From a virus, in the UHGV virus genome UHGV-0176771: a stretch of DNA of 64,000 nucleotides. One strand, written 5' to 3'. The position numbers and the translations under genes were made by a program. Of the stretch, positions 17,364 through 24,867 are shown one piece after another (the stretch's first letter is position 1; each line of letters opens with the position of its first letter). A model generated the notes under the pieces. The model searched no databases, was not told the origin of the DNA, and saw only the letters and a list, made by a program, of their open reading frames with translations.

Positions 17364-18453
17364 TATGAATAATAATATTTTTGAGATTATGCATAAAGAT
17401 AGAAGAGTTGCAAGAGTTGACTCATCTTCTGGTAGATGTAAAATATATTATAAAAGCTTTATGCCGTATAACCTATATCTTGAAGAAGAAGAAGATGTTG
17501 ATACTCTTGTTAATAATATTACAAATTTCAATTATTGGTGTGCAACAAGAGTTCTCACATTGGATAGAAAATACGCTAAAGAAATTTTGAACAGTATAGG
17601 AATGAATCAGGCTGTAACGGATAAGGATCGTGCAAAAGTAGCATTATCATACAGGTGTACATCCTTGATAGATGTTTTCTGGGTAAGAAATAAAGGTGAA
17701 AAGATAACATTTTCTGAAGTGAATTTGTATGACAACCATCTTGAAAATATTTTTATAGATATTGCTCTGCGAGGAAAACAATATACGGTAAATAATGAAG
17801 ATCTGGCGAAAGACTTATCTACGAATGGTGTTTTCCCAAAAGCCTGGAAACGGACAGAAAAAGGATTTTCTCTGTTGAAAGACGGAGGGATAGAAGTTGT
17901 CGAGAAGGAACTTCTATCAAGTAAAATTTGTCAGTGTTTTGATGTAAAGCAGGTCATATACAACAGAAGTGTATTTGCTGAAGAACCGGTAACTATAAGT
18001 GAAAATATCACATCAAAGGACTTTTCCATTGTGTCTATGGAAGCATTTGAAGTGTATTCGCAAAATCATGACCGAAATATCCGAAAATATATTTTAGCAC
18101 TTGATAAGCATGATTACTACATGATGAACATTATTGATTACCTTGTGGGAAACACTGATCGTCACTGGGGAAACTGGGGAGTTCTGGTAAATAATGTGAA
18201 TAATAAACCAGTATCTCTTCATCCATTGATGGATTTCAATAAGACATTTAACTCGTATGAAACAATAGAAGGTTCTAATTGCCAGACTTGCTTTGGGAAA
18301 AGAATCAACCAGAAAGACGCTGCATTAGAAGCTGTAAGAAAAATTGGATTGAATCAAATCAAAGAAGTGAATTATGATTGGTTTGAATATTTTCCAGAAT
18401 ATGTTGGGATGTTCAAGAAACGGTATGGAATTTTGAAGAGAATAAATGATTGA
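17356..18453 (+). CDS. HipA-like / PI3-4-kinase-fold protein kinase domain protein (365 aa)
   Basis: IIDYLVGNTDRHWGNWGVLV matches the HipA_C catalytic loop (GNxDxHxxN; DRHxxN of PI3/4K-like kinases). HPLMDFNKT downstream resembles the metal-binding P.YD/DFG-like segment. Confidence 0.6.
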   Translation: MYNMNNNIFEIMHKDRRVARVDSSSGRCKIYYKSFMPYNLYLEEEEDVDTLVNNITNFNYWCATRVLTLDRKYAKEILNSIGMNQAVTDKDRAKVALSYRCTSLIDVFWVRNKGEKITFSEVNLYDNHLENIFIDIALRGKQYTVNNEDLAKDLSTNGVFPKAWKRTEKGFSLLKDGGIEVVEKELLSSKICQCFDVKQVIYNRSVFAEEPVTISENITSKDFSIVSMEAFEVYSQNHDRNIRKYILALDKHDYYMMNIIDYLVGNTDRHWGNWGVLVNNVNNKPVSLHPLMDFNKTFNSYETIEGSNCQTCFGKRINQKDAALEAVRKIGLNQIKEVNYDWFEYFPEYVGMFKKRYGILKRIND

Positions 18454-18472
18454 TTTCAAGTGAAGGGAAATT

Positions 18473-18667
18473 ATGGAGGAACAAAAAATATGCCCGTTTT
18501 GTGGTTCAGGGAAAGGATACTATATAACAGAAAGAGTAATTAGAGATTTGCTTTTTGATTACAATGATGAGCCATGTGGAGCTTCTGAAGATATTACAGA
18601 ATTTTGTAGTAGAAGACGAAGGTGTATAAACTGCAATAAAATACTCCCGAAAAAGATGTTTGAGTAA
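18473..18667 (+). CDS. zinc-ribbon protein (64 aa), paralog of 34474..34683
   Basis: MEEQKICPFCGSGKGYY...RRRRCINCNKILPKKMFE versus MEELKKCPFCGSNRGYY...RRKQCIDCGKILPRKLFE at 34474. Confidence 0.55.
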   Translation: MEEQKICPFCGSGKGYYITERVIRDLLFDYNDEPCGASEDITEFCSRRRRCINCNKILPKKMFE

Positions 18668-18698
18668 TATATAATCTAGGATATACAAGGAGAAATAT

Positions 18699-18968
18699 AT
18701 GTTTAAAATAGAAGTTGATTGTGTGAATGTGTGTACTTGTACCATTTCTGATGAAGACGAACAAAGAATAAAAGACTATATAAAGAATAATCCAGAAAAA
18801 TTTAAATTTATGTCAGATAAGGAGGCTATTGTAGAAGCTGTTTCTGAATTGGAAATTGATTTATATAATGATTATGTAGAGTCTGACAGTTATACAAATG
18901 ATATTCGATGGTCTGAATTTGAAGAACGTAGTGCGGAGGAAATATTGAATGGACAATCTAAAAGTTGA
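18699..18968 (+). CDS. hypothetical acidic protein (89 aa)
   Basis: ORF track. RBS ACAAGGAGAAATAT then ATG. A truncated copy of its N-terminus lies at 19731. Confidence 0.5.
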   Translation: MFKIEVDCVNVCTCTISDEDEQRIKDYIKNNPEKFKFMSDKEAIVEAVSELEIDLYNDYVESDSYTNDIRWSEFEERSAEEILNGQSKS

Positions 18969-19116
18969 GCTTTGTAACCATTGTAAATCTAAATCGGATT
19001 ATAGTAATTTAACAATAGAAGAACAAAGAAAATATTTTGAAGAACATCAAGAGAAATTTAAGGAAAGAATTAGAAAATATAATTCAGGACAAATAGATGT
19101 TGGTGATTTTATATAA
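18949..19116 (+). CDS. small hypothetical protein (55 aa)
   Basis: RBS GCGGAGGAAATATTGA then ATG 18949. MDNLKVELCNHCKSKSDYSNLTIEEQRKYFEEHQEKFKERIRKYNSGQIDVGDFI. Overlaps the 3' end of the previous gene. Confidence 0.3.
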   Translation: MDNLKVELCNHCKSKSDYSNLTIEEQRKYFEEHQEKFKERIRKYNSGQIDVGDFI

Positions 19117-19333
19117 AGAATGGGGCAACAATTATGGTTAAATGTAATAGTCCTTTCGCATATTGCGAAAAATGTATAATAGATATGGACGGCATGGATA
19201 GCCAGGGTGGAATAATCAGTTGCGACACCGCAGAAGATCTTGATTTTGATAAGAAAGAAATATTAAATCAATGTGAATATGCTGAAGAAATATAGGTTTC
19301 ATGCCGGTTTAGATGACAGAAAGTGAGGATAAT

Positions 19334-19714
19334 ATGACTACACAAGAAAGATTTAATATTGTAAAACAGATTTTGGAAGAAAACGATTTGCCTGTTTGCA
19401 CTTTGAATATTAAACAGTTTGACAAAGTATCAGAGTTACAGTTAATTGCAGGTGCAAAGGATATTGTAAAAAAAATAAAGAGATATGAAGAGCATATTGA
19501 TTCTAATAACATGAAATACCCTGAATATATTATGAGGTGTGTGAGGAAGAATTTAGACTTAGACGAAATAGATGTGAGCAGAGATATGGAAATCTATTCG
19601 ATGAGCAGAAAAGAAATTTTTAACGCAGTATGCACATGGAACGGATTAATTGGATATGGAAATAAAATAGCAGATTGGGTAGAAGATATTTATCAAATTA
19701 GCTTAAACGATTGA
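19334..19714 (+). CDS. hypothetical protein (126 aa from ATG 19334)
   Basis: RBS AAGTGAGGATAAT then ATG 19334. ORF track starts at 19313. Confidence 0.5.
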   Translation: MTTQERFNIVKQILEENDLPVCTLNIKQFDKVSELQLIAGAKDIVKKIKRYEEHIDSNNMKYPEYIMRCVRKNLDLDEIDVSRDMEIYSMSRKEIFNAVCTWNGLIGYGNKIADWVEDIYQISLND

Positions 19715-19730
19715 TTGAATGGAATAATAT

Positions 19731-19805
19731 ATGTTTGAGATAGAAGTTGATTGTGTTCAGGTATACATTTGTAAGATATCTGATGAAGATGAACAGAGAA
19801 GCTGA
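19731..19805 (+). pseudogene. Truncated duplicate (24 codons) of the N-terminus of gene 18699..18968
   Basis: MFEIEVDCVQVYICKISDEDEQRS* versus MFKIEVDCVNVCTCTISDEDEQRIK... at 18699. Confidence 0.35.
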
Positions 19806-19834
19806 AGAAATCTAAGTTTTATTCAGGAGGATAT

Positions 19835-20104
19835 ATGGTTAAATATAGACCGCATAGAGGATCATTGAGTGAATCAATGGATGAAGTAAAAGAATTTGAT
19901 ACTATTGATAAGATGTATGATTTTATTTTAAGAGACTGGAATACTGGACACAAATTTTTCGACAGAGAGGATTTGAGCGTTTCGGAAGATTTTGGAAGAG
20001 ATGAGAGAATTAATTGGAAAGAGTACAGATATGTGTGTACTAAAAGGATTGGTAAAGATAAATATGACATACCTCAATGTATTGGATATTGCAGCATAGA
20101 ATAG
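19835..20104 (+). CDS. hypothetical protein (89 aa)
   Basis: ORF track. RBS TTCAGGAGGATAT then ATG. Confidence 0.5.
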   Translation: MVKYRPHRGSLSESMDEVKEFDTIDKMYDFILRDWNTGHKFFDREDLSVSEDFGRDERINWKEYRYVCTKRIGKDKYDIPQCIGYCSIE

Positions 20105-20128
20105 TTATGTTTTCTTGGAGGTGTATAA

Positions 20129-20362
20129 TTGCAGTATAAAATAGCAGATGCCAACAATCCTAGAATGGGAATAGATAATAAAATATGTATTGATCCGGAA
20201 TATTGGTGTAGATTACATCAAGTATGGTTATCTGAAAATGATGTAAAGAAAAAAGAATGTCTTAATAAACCAACGATTGATATGATCTCATATGAAAAAT
20301 GTAGATGCTTGGAGAAAGTAGATTATTATTCAGAACTCAAGAAGAGAGGATGGAAGAGGTAA
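20129..20362 (+). CDS. hypothetical Cys-containing protein (77 aa, TTG start)
   Basis: ORF track. RBS TTGGAGGTGTATAA then TTG. Confidence 0.45.
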   Translation: MQYKIADANNPRMGIDNKICIDPEYWCRLHQVWLSENDVKKKECLNKPTIDMISYEKCRCLEKVDYYSELKKRGWKR

Positions 20363-20411
20363 GTTTGTTAATATGTGTTGTGAAACAAGTTTGAAAGGAT
20401 AAGAGAATATC

Positions 20412-20744
20412 ATGTTAAAATATAGAGAGTTTCTTGATTTGACTGATGAAGAAATTGAATTTATTCTTACTGAAATGTTCAATCCTACTAAGATTGAAAA
20501 TATTGAAAGAAACAAAGAATACAACGAAATCACAGCAGAAATTACAACTGATGGTTGGGATGATGGTGAGGGTGGAGAATTTGAAATAGAGGATGTAATC
20601 ACTTTAAATATTCCAACAATTGATAGTTGTGGTTTGGAAGTGGATTTCTATTTAACAAGTGAAAATAAATTGAAATGGAGACAGTTTCTTTTGGCAAAGG
20701 GTTGCGATTACAGGTTGAAAGATAATCCGTATATGGAAGAATAG
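20412..20744 (+). CDS. hypothetical acidic protein (110 aa)
   Basis: ORF track. RBS AAAGGATAAGAGAATATC then ATG. Confidence 0.5.
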   Translation: MLKYREFLDLTDEEIEFILTEMFNPTKIENIERNKEYNEITAEITTDGWDDGEGGEFEIEDVITLNIPTIDSCGLEVDFYLTSENKLKWRQFLLAKGCDYRLKDNPYMEE

Positions 20745-20755
20745 AGGCGAGTATT

Positions 20756-21130
20756 ATGAAATGGAAATGTCCAGTATGTGGAAAAGAGTATGAGCAATTT
20801 GGTCTTAAAGATTTTGCTATGTGTTCAAAAACAACACTGTTTGGGAATTTTAAAAAGAAAGATATCAATGAGAACATCATAACATTTAATAGAAGAGTCA
20901 ATGCTCCTGTATGTTCCGAAGGGTGTAAAAGAAAAAATGAAGATCAATATTTTGTGGAAGAGTATAAAGGAAACAAAATTTATTGTGTAGATGGAAAATA
21001 TATGCCATATCTGGAGTGCGATTATTGGTACGATAGTATTGATGGAGTGAAAGATAGGATTGATAGTCCACATTTGACACCGGTTACACCAAATCTTTTA
21101 AGAGGTTTGAAATCTGCAATTAGTGGATAA
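20756..21130 (+). CDS. zinc-binding protein (124 aa)
   Basis: MKWKCPVCGKEY...CSEGCKRK cysteine pairs. RBS AGAGGCGAGTATT then ATG. Confidence 0.5.
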   Translation: MKWKCPVCGKEYEQFGLKDFAMCSKTTLFGNFKKKDINENIITFNRRVNAPVCSEGCKRKNEDQYFVEEYKGNKIYCVDGKYMPYLECDYWYDSIDGVKDRIDSPHLTPVTPNLLRGLKSAISG

Positions 21131-21178
21131 TCTGGAAATATAAAATAAAGTAAAGTCTGAATTTTATAAGGAGATAAA

Positions 21179-21391
21179 ATGAAAGTGATAGAAAAGATAA
21201 AGGAAGAAATTAAAAGTATTGATAGTGCTGTAGAAATGGCAGGATTTTTAGACGGAATTAGAGTATCTGCGGCGCTGTATTGTAAGAAAGAATATCCCGA
21301 TGAAGTAATTATTGAAAATGGAGAGTTGAAGGATATTTCTATTTATGGGATGATTCGGTATATCGAAAGTGATATTTTAGATGAATTTTAA
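21179..21391 (+). CDS. hypothetical protein (70 aa)
   Basis: ORF track. RBS TAAGGAGATAAA then ATG. Confidence 0.5.
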   Translation: MKVIEKIKEEIKSIDSAVEMAGFLDGIRVSAALYCKKEYPDEVIIENGELKDISIYGMIRYIESDILDEF

Positions 21392-21421
21392 CTTTCATTT
21401 TTTGTTTAGAGGTGTAAAATT

Positions 21422-21595
21422 ATGTATAATCAAAGAAAAGTTATCCTGGAACCTCATAAAGAAAAGACAAATTTGTGGTGCTGGAACGTATTGCAATATA
21501 GTGAAAAACAAGATACATGGTACAGTATTGGTTCCGGAATAGAAGTAAGTTGGGACATAGCAGTTAGAAAAGCAAAGGATACAATTCAAAGATAA
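21422..21595 (+). CDS. small hypothetical protein (57 aa)
   Basis: RBS TAGAGGTGTAAAATT then ATG 21422. MYNQRKVILEPHKEKTNLWCWNVLQYSEKQDTWYSIGSGIEVSWDIAVRKAKDTIQR. Confidence 0.4.
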   Translation: MYNQRKVILEPHKEKTNLWCWNVLQYSEKQDTWYSIGSGIEVSWDIAVRKAKDTIQR

Positions 21596-21621
21596 TTTCA
21601 AAGAAAGAAGAGGTGTAATGT

Positions 21622-22014
21622 ATGAAGAAAAGAGATGCAGTAGTGATAAGCGCATACACAGGAGAATTATGCTGTGATTTTAAGGATGTACAAAAGTACG
21701 TGGAGAAAGTTACCGGCAGAAAAATTACGAAACAAGATTATGAAAACGAGAATATTATTGAGTCATTGAAGGAATTCATTAAGCCAGATTTTGTTGCGAC
21801 ATGTGATAATTTAAGCTCAGAAGAGGCAGCAGTTATAACTATACATACAGATACGGTTTGCTGCAATTTTGATTACGCACAGAAGTATGCAAATAAATTA
21901 CTTGGTGAATCAACATGGACTCATGAGTTTGCTGATAAGAAACTTGTTGCGAAGCTCAAAGAGTTGAGTAAACCGGATTTTATTAAAATCTTTGAAAATC
22001 TTACAGATGAATAA
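21622..22014 (+). CDS. hypothetical protein with internal tandem duplication (130 aa)
   Basis: ORF track. Two repeats (...ISAYTGELCCDFKDVQKYVEKVTG...LKEFIKPDFV / ...IHTDTVCCNFDYAQKYANKLLG...LKELSKPDFI). Confidence 0.5.
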   Translation: MKKRDAVVISAYTGELCCDFKDVQKYVEKVTGRKITKQDYENENIIESLKEFIKPDFVATCDNLSSEEAAVITIHTDTVCCNFDYAQKYANKLLGESTWTHEFADKKLVAKLKELSKPDFIKIFENLTDE

Positions 22015-22029
22015 TTGAAGATATATGTA

Positions 22030-22056
22030 AAGACGATACTTATTTGGTATCGTCTT
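22030..22056. terminator. Bidirectional hairpin terminator between convergent genes
   Basis: AAGACGATAC-TTATTTG-GTATCGTCTT followed by TTTTC. The 3' arm also encodes the last codons of the minus-strand XRE gene. Confidence 0.45.
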
Positions 22057-22306
22057 TTTCAATAGATTCATGTAACTTGCAATAATATAAAAGAAGTCTA
22101 TTTAACGCTGGATCGTCAGATTTGAATAAATCAGTTGGAGTACATTCTAGTGCGATACATATTCTTTCTAGTGTGTCAAAATTTATTTTGCTTGTATCTC
22201 CATCGTAAAGTTTACAAGCAGCAGGATATCCAACACCGATTGCTTTTGCAAATTGATTTTTATTTTGGAATTTTTTATCCACTAAATCTTTAATATCTAA
22301 GCGCAT
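22040..22306 (-). CDS. XRE-family HTH transcriptional repressor (88 aa), divergent from the MazF gene
   Basis: NQFAKAIGVGYPAACKLYDGDTSKINFDTLERICIALECTPTDLF is a typical XRE/Cro-CI HTH domain. Palindromic operator in the divergent intergenic region. Confidence 0.65.
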   Translation of the reverse strand: MRLDIKDLVDKKFQNKNQFAKAIGVGYPAACKLYDGDTSKINFDTLERICIALECTPTDLFKSDDPALNRLLLYYCKLHESIEKDDTK

Positions 22307-22388
22307 GTATCCATCTCCTGTTCTTCGTATATTGTTTACAGTATATAGTTTAGCATATATTCTTGAGAAAATAAATATATTTTATAGA

Positions 22389-22425
22389 ATATACTCTTGA
22401 CAATATACTGTAAAGAGTATATACT
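22389..22425. promoter_or_regulatory. Perfect 10-bp inverted repeat operator (ATATACTCTT-14 bp-AAGAGTATAT) overlapping a promoter TTGACA-17-TATACT that reads toward the MazF gene
   Basis: Inverted-repeat arms at 22389-22398 and 22413-22422. TTGACA at 22397-22402, TATACT at 22420-22425. Confidence 0.5.
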
Positions 22426-22480
22426 TATAACAACGAAAGAGAGAAGTACATAGATTCAAAAGAAAGGAGGATGCGTAATT

Positions 22481-22852
22481 ATGAAAATTAAATTTGAAAA
22501 ATTTGATATTGTAATGGTTGACTTTGGAGATAACACTATAGGAAGTGAACAAGGCGGGAAAAGACCAGCAATTATTGTACAGAATGATATAGGAAATCAT
22601 TTCGCTGCAACAACCATCGTTATACCATTTAGTACAAAATTAAAAAAGATAAACCAACCTACGCATACTCTTATCAAAAAGGGAAGAGGTACAGGGTTGG
22701 TAAAAGATTCTATTGTTTTGTGCGAATGCATAAGAAATATTTCAGAATTAAGAATAGAAAAATACCTTGGAAAGATAACATCTATGGACGATAAACGTGC
22801 AATAAAGATTGCATGTGACGCAAATTTTATGTGGGGAGATGATGTGGCATGA
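22481..22852 (+). CDS. PemK/MazF-family endoribonuclease toxin (123 aa)
   Basis: FDIVMVDFGDNTIGSEQGGKRPAIIVQNDIGNHFAATTIVIPFSTKLKK matches the MazF/PemK/Kid signature. RBS AAAGGAGGATGCGTAATT then ATG. Confidence 0.8.
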   Translation: MKIKFEKFDIVMVDFGDNTIGSEQGGKRPAIIVQNDIGNHFAATTIVIPFSTKLKKINQPTHTLIKKGRGTGLVKDSIVLCECIRNISELRIEKYLGKITSMDDKRAIKIACDANFMWGDDVA

Positions 22853-23184
22853 GATATGTATTGATGGACATTGAAGAAGCTGTTAAGCACTGTAAAGGGA
22901 AAAAAGTTTTAGTTGCAGAACAAGACCTTGCAAATAATGAGGTAGTAGGTTTTGAAAGAAAAACTTTTCAAGAATGCAAGGATATTATCGAGCGATCTGA
23001 AACAATAGCAAAAATTTGTGATGACTTTTTAAACCAGTTGAGAGTGTTTTCTGAAAAACAATTAGATTTGATGAACATAAAACCTATCGGAACCATGAGT
23101 ACAATATTAGTTCATGATCCTTTCCCGGATACAGAAGCGCAGAAAAAGAACAAAAAATCGAACAAACGTTCTGGCGACTATTGA
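22849..23184 (+). CDS. hypothetical protein (111 aa) overlapping the MazF stop (ATGA), candidate downstream-encoded partner
   Basis: ORF track. 4-nt overlap with the toxin gene. No recognisable antitoxin fold. Confidence 0.5.
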   Translation: MRYVLMDIEEAVKHCKGKKVLVAEQDLANNEVVGFERKTFQECKDIIERSETIAKICDDFLNQLRVFSEKQLDLMNIKPIGTMSTILVHDPFPDTEAQKKNKKSNKRSGDY

Positions 23185-23503
23185 CAAGAACAAGTGTTCG
23201 TGTTAATATACATTTTGTAAACATAATAAAAAAGAAGAGACGGAAATCCATCACAGGTGCGCCAACACCTCCGGTTCCGGCTCTTCTAAAACCAAAAAAC
23301 GCATTTCCCAAAATGGGAGTGCTAAGAACAGCTTACGCTATCCCTACTAGTATAATACATATTTTTTTCACAGTAGTCAAGCGTATCAGCTAAAAATTCC
23401 AAATATTGGAAAACTGAATATTGAAATTTACTTTTTATTCGTGTGGACAAGTTTCTAAACGTTTATTTCTGATGCAATTTTTTAAATAGGAGTGAAATAA
23501 ACA

Positions 23504-24190
23504 GTGAATAACGTAATGAAAAGTAAAAAAGAAAGGGTGGTTGAAATGAATTATGTCGTGACGAACGACAAATTGTACATTAGGTTAAGTTCTGATGGTT
23601 CTCCTGTAACTTGTTCTAAACGCAACGCTCAAGTATTTGAAAAGGACAAGGCGGATAATATTCTAAAGAATCTTCCAAAAGTATTGAAGAACTTTCGTTT
23701 TAAAGTAAAACCTGCTCCACAATCTGAACAGGAAGTTCCTCAGGGCAAAACAAAAACAGATAATGTGCAATCAGAAGAGAAGAAATACATAAGAAAAGAT
23801 TCGTACATACCGTGCGACGAGGTTGTTCAGTGGATCGAAAAATCAAGACAGTGTAGCGAATTTGTGGAAGACGCTACGAGAAGAAGAACAGTATTACATA
23901 AAAAATTGGCAAATGTTGATCGTGAATTGTCAAACTGTATGCATCAGATTGAATTAGAAAAATGGAAGTCAGGTTGTGATGGATACAAATTATATAAGTT
24001 GGAAAAAGAAATTCTTGAAAAACGAAGACAGATTAAAGATGAGTTGGTAATTATTCAATCCGTCCTGGACAATACAAAATGTACGATTGGGATTAAGAAC
24101 ATCGAAAAAACTTTTAATCGTCTTGGTACTAGAAGATTTGAGATAAGAATCATTGAAGACGATGATTTCTTTGATGAGGAGCATACATAA
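23504..24190 (+). CDS. hypothetical protein with coiled-coil C-terminal half (228 aa, GTG start; alternative ATG 23516)
   Basis: ORF track. RBS AATAGGAGTGAAATAAACA then GTG. Confidence 0.5.
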   Translation: MNNVMKSKKERVVEMNYVVTNDKLYIRLSSDGSPVTCSKRNAQVFEKDKADNILKNLPKVLKNFRFKVKPAPQSEQEVPQGKTKTDNVQSEEKKYIRKDSYIPCDEVVQWIEKSRQCSEFVEDATRRRTVLHKKLANVDRELSNCMHQIELEKWKSGCDGYKLYKLEKEILEKRRQIKDELVIIQSVLDNTKCTIGIKNIEKTFNRLGTRRFEIRIIEDDDFFDEEHT

Positions 24191-24220
24191 ATATTGTGAC
24201 ATTGTGAGAGGTTTATAAAG

Positions 24221-24847
24221 ATGGACAAGAATAAAATTCTCGAAGATTATATCGGAAATGACATGAAAAAAATTCGTAAGATTTGCAAAAAGATTATTTC
24301 AAAAACAAATGTTCCAGATGGATATCTTGAAGAATATTACGACAAAGCAGTTGATGTTTTAATGGAAAGTATGAATACCTATGATGAATCAAGAAATTGT
24401 AAATTCAGTACATATTTTTATGGAAATCTTGTACGAAGAACAGGAACGTGGATAAGAGATTGTATGAGATTTAAAAGATGCAATCTTGAAACAGATAGTA
24501 AAGGAAAAATTAAAAGAGACGAAGATGGAAATCCGATAGTTATTCCAGATATGTCCATCAATATGCAAATTGATTTAGACGAAGATTATACATTAGAAAA
24601 CAGTATTGCTTCTGATTTTAATCTGGAAGGGGAAATTATAAATAGACTTCACCCCACAACAGATAAAATTGAAATGTATAAGAGCAATTTATCTTATAAG
24701 CAACAAAAGGCGGTCGATCTCATATGCGATGGATACACTCAAGATGAAATTATTGAAGAATTAAACATAACAGAAAGAGAATATAAAGACAATATACTTG
24801 GGACTATGCGTCTTTATGAAAATGTAAAAGTGTTGTTGTGCGAATAA
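24221..24847 (+). CDS. Sigma-70-family sigma factor-like protein (208 aa)
   Basis: KFSTYFYGNLVRRTGTWIRD (region 2-like) and QQKAVDLICDGYTQDEIIEELNITEREYKDNILGTMRLYENVK (region 4 HTH-like). Confidence 0.55.
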   Translation: MDKNKILEDYIGNDMKKIRKICKKIISKTNVPDGYLEEYYDKAVDVLMESMNTYDESRNCKFSTYFYGNLVRRTGTWIRDCMRFKRCNLETDSKGKIKRDEDGNPIVIPDMSINMQIDLDEDYTLENSIASDFNLEGEIINRLHPTTDKIEMYKSNLSYKQQKAVDLICDGYTQDEIIEELNITEREYKDNILGTMRLYENVKVLLCE

Positions 24848-24867
24848 AAAATTGGAGGAATATAATC

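Noticed and set aside
23084-23393. ORFs 23084..23311(-) and 23181..23393(+)
   Set aside because: They overlap the GC-rich noncoding island and the 3' end of gene 22849..23184. No RBS. Pro/Gly-rich translation typical of a GC-rich spacer.
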